DNA from: a virus
Lineage: Duplodnaviria; Caudoviricetes
Reading direction: 5' to 3' (one strand)
Virus record (IMG/VR): IMGVR_UViG_3300020183_000042
Span: 20,736 to 84,735 of that record
DNA length: 64,000 nt
Positions 57,712 to 64,000 of the stretch are shown here, piece after piece. The position numbers and the translations under genes were made by a program. The first letter of the stretch is position 1, and each line of letters starts with the position of its first letter. Below the pieces are notes generated by a model. The model did no database searches. It was given only the letters and a program-made list of their open reading frames with translations, and was not told the DNA's origin.

Positions 57712-58412
57712 TGGGCGGGAAACAAAACATTAGCCAGACCACGCACACACAAGTCACATGATATACTATCCTTCGTGCCAGTGCAAGTGATTGTTGCTCG
57801 ACCACGACGGATTTCCGGGCAGACCACAAACTTGGTCGCGTTCAGTACCACCAACTTCGGCAGACTAGCCCTCCAAGCATCAGCCTTTTTCTTGCTACGG
57901 GGACGTTTCGGTGCAATCTTTTCGTCGCTATCACACCACGCGAACAACTTGAATCCTTGTGCTAGAGCCTCGCCCATATCGTTATCGTCGTGAACACTAG
58001 CATACACGGCCATATACTTGTCGAGACTAACAAGCCGACTATCATAAATATGGGTATAAAACCACATATCGGGCAGACTATCACCATCAGCAAGAATACT
58101 CTCACACGCCCATGTCACATTAGCAACATATTCTACGTCAAGTTCGCCGTTGAGAAACCAGTCACCCCGCTCGTGCCAACGGATACTCTTTTCACGACGC
58201 TTCGCATCCAGAATCATAGCACGGATTTTGTTTTTCTCTGTGACTATGTTAGCAAACCCCGCGGTACGGGCGTTTTTATACTGATTCTCGGTAGCCTCGG
58301 CATAGCAGCCGTTGCCGAGATAGTCACAATCGGGCGGACAAGTATCGCCAACGGGACGCGACACCACAACGCAACCCTTGCCCAACTTATCATTTCCGTC
58401 TGCGGTTTTCAT
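57708..58412 (-). CDS. Gp88-like Cys-rich protein (radical-SAM-related fold suspected)
   Basis: N.KLG, TCP..C.....CYA, IRWH..GD, W.YT, CP...C..C.LC, F..H; start MKTAD at 58412. Confidence 0.7.
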   Translation of the reverse strand: MKTADGNDKLGKGCVVVSRPVGDTCPPDCDYLGNGCYAEATENQYKNARTAGFANIVTEKNKIRAMILDAKRREKSIRWHERGDWFLNGELDVEYVANVTWACESILADGDSLPDMWFYTHIYDSRLVSLDKYMAVYASVHDDNDMGEALAQGFKLFAWCDSDEKIAPKRPRSKKKADAWRASLPKLVVLNATKFVVCPEIRRGRATITCTGTKDSISCDLCVRGLANVLFPAH

Positions 58413-58601
58413 ATTTGTTTCTCCGTGTCTCTCGATTCTACAGTGTGGTATCGGCTTGTCAACACACAAACTTGAGCATAAAAAAAGATTTTGTTTGGCA
58501 CAAGGTTTGCTCGTTGCCATTTTGGCAGGGCGGCCGGCCGAGCTGCCATTTTGGCTGACTATCGCCACGACTGCCAAATCCGTAGGATTAGGAAAAACAA
58601 A

Positions 58602-58674
58602 TAGCCCCACGGAGGATCGAACTCCGATCTCCGGGATGAAAGCCCGGTATACTAAACCATTATACTATGGGGCC
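58602..58674 (-). tRNA. tRNA-Glu(TTC)
   Basis: GGCCCCA/TGGGGCT; CCGGG-CTTTCAT-CCCGG; AGTTCGATCCT. Confidence 0.88.
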
Positions 58675-58823
58675 GACACTCGCTCTACCCAAACATTATC
58701 ACCGTGTTTTTTTTGAGCAAGTAGATAAGCGTTCATTTGAGAAAGAGACACAACATATCCAACAAAGCGATTATTCTTGAAAACTCTCCAAATATAACCA
58801 CTATAGCAAAACGCGGTATTCAT
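58665..58823 (-). CDS. 52-aa leaderless ORF whose stop lies inside tRNA-Glu
   Basis: ATG 6 nt after TAGAAT; hand-translated MNTAFCYSGYIWRVFKNNRFVGYV... Confidence 0.55.
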   Translation of the reverse strand: MNTAFCYSGYIWRVFKNNRFVGYVVSLSQMNAYLLAQKKHGDNVWVERVSAP

Positions 58824-58927
58824 ACGGTTATTCTAACAGTTAGTATCGGCTTGTCAAGAGGCAAAACTTTAGTGTCATTTTGGCAGTTTTCGCGGCCGGC
58901 CTGCCAAGATGGCAGAGCCAGAACCCC

Positions 58928-59332
58928 TCAAAAGAGGAGGCTGGCCAAGCCGGTCTTGAAAGCCACCCCACCCAGGAGGGGCCGACGCACGTTAGTGGTA
59001 CGCTCCGCATAGAAGTTGCGAATCTTACCATCGGGCGTTTGAGCAGTCACCAAATGCTGGCTACGCTGAAACGTCGGATCATCCCTACGATAGCGACTCT
59101 TACGATTGAGTCGAGCAAGATAATCCGCGGAAAACTCGTGAACCTCAAGCACCTTTGCCATGAACCGCTCACGATCACCCGTGACCGGCTGCACATACTC
59201 AAAGTTATACACACCACCAACCTTAGCGTTGGTCAGACTATCGTGAAGACCAGAAAAAAGATGAAAGCACACAAAAGCCACAACACCAGCAACCAACCCA
59301 CAACCAATCGCAACCATAGTCATCGTATCCAT
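58928..59332 (-). CDS. Membrane-anchored protein, WYL-like beta domain
   Basis: N-terminal TM; F.Y......R.....V; G.IRNFY..R. Confidence 0.6.
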   Translation of the reverse strand: MDTMTMVAIGCGLVAGVVAFVCFHLFSGLHDSLTNAKVGGVYNFEYVQPVTGDRERFMAKVLEVHEFSADYLARLNRKSRYRRDDPTFQRSQHLVTAQTPDGKIRNFYAERTTNVRRPLLGGVAFKTGLASLLF

Positions 59333-59575
59333 AGTATTAGCCTTTCGTTGTTATATCCCAAACTCAATAAAACTAGTATACCACACTTATCGGCGTTTGT
59401 CAAGCGTCAACTTCACAAAGTTTAGTTGTCAAACGAAGAAAATATTTTTGCCATTTTGGCAGATCGGGCGCCCAGGCTGCCATTTTGTCTAACTACAGCC
59501 ACCCTAGCAAATCCGGGAGGATTAGGAAGAACAAGCCCGCCGCATCAATCCCTACTCTTTGGGGGTCGGCGTTTG

Positions 59576-59926
59576 TCAAGCGTCAACTTCAACATTTTCC
59601 AAAAGATGCTCCGCGATTTCTAGCCAGTTAGTTACAGAAAGAGCAGCACCAAGCAAGTCTGCCCATACACTCGCGGTCAACTTTGTTTGTTCAAGTATTT
59701 CGTCCTTGGCTTCTTCGTAATAATCCCTCAGCCTATCAGCCATTAGATACACGGCCTCGTCCATGCGTGACATACCGATATCGGTATTGTCGCGTGTGTG
59801 GTTGTGGTATACATCTTCCGCAACTTCTCGCCAGTAATCGTGGGTACCTTCTTCGTTGTCCATCCACAGATTCACAACCCACGTTTCGTAGTTAGTCCAG
59901 CCGTTGTAGTTCTTGTCGTTGTCCAT
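59576..59926 (-). CDS. Conserved phage protein (YNGW.NYETW family)
   Basis: YNGWTNYETW...LW.DN, NW.EIA; AAGGAG RBS. Confidence 0.75.
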   Translation of the reverse strand: MDNDKNYNGWTNYETWVVNLWMDNEEGTHDYWREVAEDVYHNHTRDNTDIGMSRMDEAVYLMADRLRDYYEEAKDEILEQTKLTASVWADLLGAALSVTNWLEIAEHLLENVEVDA

Positions 59927-59990
59927 TCTTTCTTTCTCCTTGGTATCCCTCAAGTCTACTCTATATATCGGTTTGTCAACCCCCGAAACT

Positions 59991-60248
59991 TTACTTTTGC
60001 AAGTATTCGATTTCCTGGCCGTTAGCGATCATGGAAGCATACAGTTCGATGCGACGATCCTTTTCCCGCTTTTCGATTTGATGATCCGTTTCGATTCTTT
60101 CGCGTCGGTCACACTTAGCATCCAATGCGGCCAGCGTCACACTATCGGTGCGATTATCGCGGAAGTCCTCGGGCAGCCAACTATTCGGCACCACAATACA
60201 ATCTTTGATAATCCGCTGAAACTCCGCCATCAGTTCGTAGCCGTTCAT
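59991..60248 (-). CDS. Hypothetical protein (similar to 62742..63116)
   Basis: GGAGG RBS before MNGYE; FQR.I and R...(Y/L)A motifs shared. Confidence 0.6.
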   Translation of the reverse strand: MNGYELMAEFQRIIKDCIVVPNSWLPEDFRDNRTDSVTLAALDAKCDRRERIETDHQIEKREKDRRIELYASMIANGQEIEYLQK

Positions 60249-60562
60249 GGTTTCCTCCGTTGTTGTGTGGATTATACAGATGGAAAAGTGGATGTCAACT
60301 CGAAAAAAAGCAGTAGCAAATACTGTGCCAAAGTGGCAGATCGGGCGCGCCACCCGCCATTGTGGCAGATGGTCTTTTTTAGATTAGGGATAGAAAGTAG
60401 GTCATAACAATAAAACCAGCCAGAAATCCCACAATATTTTCAATCATTATTTTCCCTCATTGGAAAAACCAAATCAGAAACAAACCAACTACTAACAATG
60501 CCAGCAACAAATCCCACACCTACTAGTACCCAGTTGATATCGACCATCCTTGGCCCCTTTCT

Positions 60563-60772
60563 TTATTTTTTATATCCAACCCAGAAAACTTCGCCCCGAT
60601 CATTAGTCATTTCCACAGGATTATCCAGAAAATCCCTACGAATCCTCAGATGCTCCCTGCGTCGTTTCCATCCGATGATACTATCACAAATGGCCCCACA
60701 AATCAATAGTAAAAACTCCACAAGGCCCACAGCCATTATTGGAAAAGCGATGAATAGTACAATATATTTCAT
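60563..60772 (-). CDS. Small membrane protein
   Basis: ATGA coupling; TM segment. Confidence 0.55.
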   Translation of the reverse strand: MKYIVLFIAFPIMAVGLVEFLLLICGAICDSIIGWKRRREHLRIRRDFLDNPVEMTNDRGEVFWVGYKK

Positions 60773-61080
60773 CCCTGCACCACCATATTTTCCATAAAAG
60801 GATATTCCTTGCCGTTGATTCTCACAAACCATTCGTATTTTCGCTGGTACACTCTCACCGGGCTATACTGGTTTATTCTATCCTTGGTTGTGGCCGTTTG
60901 CCATCCCCCCGTTTGCAGGGTATAGGTATTGTCAGGATGAATCTTCACCACATAGGTGTTGTGGAGCAAAATGCCCACGCTGCCGTCACTCAGAATCTCA
61001 GCGTAGGTGTTGTTGCCGATCTTCCGGCTATCCTTGTTCTGCTTGCCCCGAACCATATTGACCGCTTCGGTGTGAGTCAT
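60769..61080 (-). CDS. Conserved phage protein
   Basis: K..NNTY, LH.T.V, GGW.T.TTK.RIN. Confidence 0.7.
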   Translation of the reverse strand: MTHTEAVNMVRGKQNKDSRKIGNNTYAEILSDGSVGILLHNTYVVKIHPDNTYTLQTGGWQTATTKDRINQYSPVRVYQRKYEWFVRINGKEYPFMENMVVQG

Positions 61081-61220
61081 TTCAACGCTCCGTATAGTTA
61101 GTGAGTTCATTTTTTCCTCTTTCCTTTATATCGGTATTCTACAGCCCAAACTTTACTTGTCAAGCACTTTTCGCTGACTACAGCCACACCAGCCAAACCC
61201 GGAGGGTTAGGTGAGACAGT

Positions 61221-61373
61221 CTACTCCTTCCAGTTGTCGTTGTATTCGGGATCGGTAGGGTCGGGATAGTATTCAAGGATTGGGGTACAATGCTCAAGGC
61301 AGCAAGCACAGAAATCGTAGCCTTGAACCTTGTCGCCGCAGCAATCGGAAACTATCACTTCAATCATTCTCAT
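61221..61373 (-). CDS. 50-aa Cys-rich protein (SDCCG...C..C.EHC)
   Basis: Hand-translated; paralog of 63187..63381. Confidence 0.6.
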   Translation of the reverse strand: MRMIEVIVSDCCGDKVQGYDFCACCLEHCTPILEYYPDPTDPEYNDNWKE

Positions 61374-61556
61374 GGTCAACTTCCTTTCTTCTATCTTTAT
61401 ATCGGTATTCTACAGCGTAAACTTGAGATTGCAAGCGAAATTTTCAAATATAATTTCATGCCAAATAAAAAATATTTTTGTGGCACGATATTTGCTATGT
61501 CTGTCAATATGGCAGATCGGGCGGCCGCGCTGCCATTTTGGCAGTCGCGGTTTTGC

Positions 61557-61775
61557 TCAATAATCGTTATCCTCCCCGAAATAGCCGTAGTCCTCGTCGG
61601 TTCCCCAACCCGCCGACTCCATCGCACTATCATGGTCGCCATCCGTGCTGTCGTCGTAGAAATCGTCGTAGTCGTCGTAGTTAGGATCGTCGTTGTCGTG
61701 CGATTCGTCGTCGATCCACGGCCAAATCGTACGCTCCGCCATATCATCAAATCGGTCACAAGAATCATCGCTCAT
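61557..61775 (-). CDS. 72-aa highly acidic protein
   Basis: GAGGAG RBS; SAG.GTDEDYG motif; 28/72 D+E. Confidence 0.7.
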   Translation of the reverse strand: MSDDSCDRFDDMAERTIWPWIDDESHDNDDPNYDDYDDFYDDSTDGDHDSAMESAGWGTDEDYGYFGEDNDY

Positions 61776-61802
61776 CGTATTCTCCTCATCGGGTGAGTCA
61801 TC

Positions 61803-62015
61803 TCAAAAAACATCCCAAACAACGCTGTGCTCATCGACCATCGGCTCAGGATACAACTCATCCCACAGCCCCGCGACTTCCGCATAATCAAACGGACAGC
61901 AATCGGGCTCGTCAATCGGCTCGACCATACGCTCATCGACCAGTTCCGCGAGGATAGCGTTCACCGTGTCGGTATCTTCAAGCAAACCCATCATTCGAGG
62001 AAAGTGATTCATCAT
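61803..62015 (-). CDS. Acidic hypothetical protein
   Basis: AGGAG RBS; promoter upstream. Confidence 0.65.
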   Translation of the reverse strand: MMNHFPRMMGLLEDTDTVNAILAELVDERMVEPIDEPDCCPFDYAEVAGLWDELYPEPMVDEHSVVWDVF

Positions 62016-62203
62016 CGTTTCTCCTGGGGTGTACTACCGTTATACAGTCTATATCGGTGTTTGCAAGCGGAAAAAATAGTGGAAAAAAAGTTTTTTGCGG
62101 CACAACATTTGCTGATGCTGCCATTTTGGCAGTTCGGGCGCGATTTCTGCCATTTTGGCTAGCTGTCGCCATTTTCGCCAGCCGATAGGATCGGATGAGA
62201 CAG

Positions 62204-62419
62204 TCAACTTACTCCCATCCATGAGGCGTTTTCTACACAATAATCATAAAACATATCGTTCAACATATCACGATAGTTACTATCGGTCAACCGGCGACGA
62301 TCCATCGTAAACTCACACTCAGCATAGATTCTACCGTCCGGAGTTGCAAGGAAAGAAATCTGGTAACTCTCGCTTCCCCAGATCTGACGAATCGCATCCC
62401 GAATCTTATTCGTTTCCAT
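62204..62419 (-). CDS. Hypothetical protein
   Basis: AGGAGG RBS; promoter upstream. Confidence 0.65.
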   Translation of the reverse strand: METNKIRDAIRQIWGSESYQISFLATPDGRIYAECEFTMDRRRLTDSNYRDMLNDMFYDYCVENASWMGVS

Positions 62420-62741
62420 CTTCTATTTCCTCCTGCTAGGTATATCGGTATCCTACATTCGGTCTCTTGAATGTCAAATAGAAAAAATCGCTCAAAAAAA
62501 AGATTTTGTTTGGCACAAGATTTGCTCTGCCTGCCATTTTGGCAGTTTTCGCGGCCTGCCTGCCATTTTGGCAGCTTTTTGACTGGCTGACTGTCATTAT
62601 TGTCAGCCGATAGGATCGGCTAGGACAAACGGGGGGAGTATCCCCTATAAGGTGCCATTTTGGCAGATCGGGCGCGCCGCCTGCCATTTTGGCAGAGACC
62701 CCTCATTGGTGGGGGAGCGGCACCATACCCCTAGTGGGGGG

Positions 62742-63116
62742 TTATTCCCCATCCCACCCAAAGGGGGAGACTTCCTCTCCGCTGGCGAGAATCGCACCAT
62801 ACTGTTCGGCCAGAGCCTTTTTTCGCTCATCGGAACCGGGCTTTCCAACCTTGATAATCATCGTATCATCACCCCCCTTGTAGCGGGGGTCAACCCTCTC
62901 GACCTTACGCTTGCCCATGCGACGCAACGCCTTGCGATTGAACTTGAGAACCTTTTCGGTCATCACCTTACGCTGTCGATCACCGACACCATAAACATAG
63001 TCTACGCCGTCGATCACCCGATCATCGGGCACGTCGATAGCGTCGGGAATAGCGATTCCATCGAACCAGTTGATGATAGCACGCTGAAAATCACGCAGAA
63101 TCGGACTAGTTGCCAT
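62742..63116 (-). CDS. Hypothetical protein
   Basis: GGAG RBS before MATSP; GKPGS.ER..AL..QY motif. Confidence 0.65.
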   Translation of the reverse strand: MATSPILRDFQRAIINWFDGIAIPDAIDVPDDRVIDGVDYVYGVGDRQRKVMTEKVLKFNRKALRRMGKRKVERVDPRYKGGDDTMIIKVGKPGSDERKKALAEQYGAILASGEEVSPFGWDGE

Positions 63117-63186
63117 GATGCTTTGCTCCAAAGGATTATTGACTGTACCAAAAAACTTTTTTGACCACAACCCCCACCATGGGGGA

Positions 63187-63381
63187 CTACCATCCATTCT
63201 GCCGACAAGTCTCATCCCACGAGTCCTGTTCACGACGCTGGGAGCGGGTCATCGGCTCGTCGCCAAGGCACCACTCATCGCGGGCCGCATCGTACCCGTC
63301 GTCCGAAACATCACAATGCTCGCCACAACGCGAGCAAATATCCTGAAACCGAACCACAGCACCACAGCAATCACTTAGCAT
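63187..63381 (-). CDS. Cys-rich small protein (SDCCG...C..C.EHC)
   Basis: GGAG RBS before MLSDCC; promoter upstream. Confidence 0.65.
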   Translation of the reverse strand: MLSDCCGAVVRFQDICSRCGEHCDVSDDGYDAARDEWCLGDEPMTRSQRREQDSWDETCRQNGW

Positions 63382-63642
63382 TTTCAGTCTCCGTTTCTTT
63401 CTTTCTTTCTTTCTATATCGGATTATACGGTCTGAAACTTGAAAAGCAAACCGAAAAAAATCGGGAGAGAAAAATATTTTGTGGCACAGTATTTGCTGGC
63501 GCGATTTTGGCACAAGATTTGCTAGCCTGCCATTTTGGCAGTTCGCGCGGCCGATCTGCCATTTTGGCAGTCTGGCTGACTGTCATTATGGCAGCCAGCC
63601 GATAGGATCGGCTAGAACACCCCCCTAGAGGGGTAGAGCCCC

Positions 63643-63855
63643 CTACTTGAGGGGGTATGCTCCGATCCAATCAATATGACGGATCCACTCCCTCGCGTGG
63701 GGGGTTCCGTGCCTCTTGCGAATCAAACGGAGTTGACTGGCCAACTCCCCCCTATAGCGGGGGTGGCTCCCTCGCTTGATCCATTCGCCAATCCACCGAT
63801 TCGCGGGCACAGCCACAAGCAAACCAACGTCGAAAACTATCATTTGATCCTCCAT
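63643..63855 (-). CDS. Hypothetical protein
   Basis: ORF in cassette orientation. Confidence 0.5.
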   Translation of the reverse strand: MEDQMIVFDVGLLVAVPANRWIGEWIKRGSHPRYRGELASQLRLIRKRHGTPHAREWIRHIDWIGAYPLK

Positions 63856-64000
63856 TGTGAGCCCCCCAACGGGGGGGTGTGGTCGATCCATCCATCGGGG
63901 AAGCCTAGAATATCGCGGGCTGCTCTGTGGTCCACGTAATACAGTCTTCTAAATAGATCGACCTGTAGGCTGGATTCTGAACTTTTACAGTTCGACCGTT

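Larger units (their letters stand above)
26795..63450 (-). promoter_or_regulatory. Composite sigma70 (TTGACA-N16/17-TA(G/T)A(A/C)T) + sigma28-type (T(A/C)AA-N16/17-GCCGATA(A/T/C)) promoters
   Basis: e.g. 26795-26828, 29663-29704, 32789-32831, 37108-37148, 37782-37820, 40001-40040, 46560-46599, 52002-52042, ~53020, ~54470, ~55240, ~56605, ~57125, ~58435, ~58830, ~59380, ~59960, 61128-61163, ~61400, ~62445, ~63415; sigma28-only at 48662-48690 and 53869-53897. Confidence 0.85.
58496..63523 (+). promoter_or_regulatory. sigma54-type -24/-12 sites TGGCAC-N5-TTGCT
   Basis: + strand at 58496, 61481, 62098 (CGGCAC), 62511, 63482, 63508; - strand at 60315-60330; GG-N10-GC spacing exact in all. Confidence 0.75.
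50893..63570. repeat. Twin-palindrome element TGCCA-N3-TGGCA-N16-TGCC(A/G)-N3-TGGCA, 29-bp period (16 copies plus one single box)
   Basis: First-box T at 50893, 52054, 53900, 54519, 55278, 56063, 57166, 58515, 58873, 59449, 60326, 61502, 62119, 62532, 62653, 63528; second box always +29; single box at 53064. Confidence 0.92.
49313..63618. repeat. Dispersed 44-45 bp element, consensus GCTGACTAY.GCCA......CAAAYC.N.AGGRTTRG.TRRRAC (11 copies)
   Basis: Copies 49313-49357, 49549-49593, 50635-50679, 53074-53118, 55107-55150, 58554-58598, 59488-59532, 61173-61217, 62158-62201, 62582-62626, 63575-63618. Confidence 0.8.
62631..63877. repeat. Cluster of C-run/G-run dyads (CCCC-N3-8-GGGG)
   Basis: About ten copies, e.g. 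62699, 62728, 62872, 63170, 63620, 63639, 63690, 63747, 63862. Confidence 0.6.

Noticed and set aside
58413-58610. N-terminal extensions in the ORF track (e.g. 58610, 26924, 52024, 60353, 63513)
   Set aside because: They run through promoters and repeat elements; better starts with an RBS lie downstream
50893-63618. CRISPR array interpretation of the dispersed repeats
   Set aside because: Copies are separated by 0.1-1.5 kb of genes rather than constant 30-40 bp spacers, and there are no cas genes in the window
49313-63618. Integron attC sites
   Set aside because: The 45-bp element is shorter than attC, lacks paired AAC/GTT R boxes and full-length palindromy, and no IntI is seen
1-64000. Stop-codon reassignment
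   Set aside because: Conserved genes are full length in code 11 and end in TAA, TAG or TGA with tight coupling; the single in-frame TGA near 42835 is in a remnant; no suppressor tRNA

Overview
64-kb segment of a large dsDNA bacteriophage (jumbo/T4-like gene content: rIIA/rIIB, ATP-dependent ligase, Endo VII, ThyX, UvsE, RuvB, HNH nucleases, tmRNA, 9 tRNAs). Nearly all genes are on the - strand, in standard code. The left ~21 kb is AT-rich and holds a glycosyltransferase/nucleotide-sugar cluster (RfbB, RfbH-like, split YerE-like ThDP enzyme, NeuB, AroB-like cyclase, FGGY kinase) plus a volactin-like actin. The middle is DNA metabolism, repair and translation genes. The right ~15 kb gets steadily more GC-rich and looks like an early/host-takeover region built from short cassettes. 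The most notable signal is non-coding. Cassette boundaries carry (i) overlapping sigma70 + sigma28(FliA/WhiG)-type promoters (about 20 copies), (ii) sigma54-type -24/-12 sites, (iii) a twin palindrome TGCCA-N3-TGGCA repeated at an invariant 29-bp period (16 copies), and (iv) a fixed-length 44-45 bp element just downstream of gene/tRNA 3' ends (11 copies). Several unclassified structured or tRNA-like ncRNAs also occur. A Planctomycete-like host is suggested (prepilin-type gene) but not shown. All family calls are by eye from motifs; no database searches were run.
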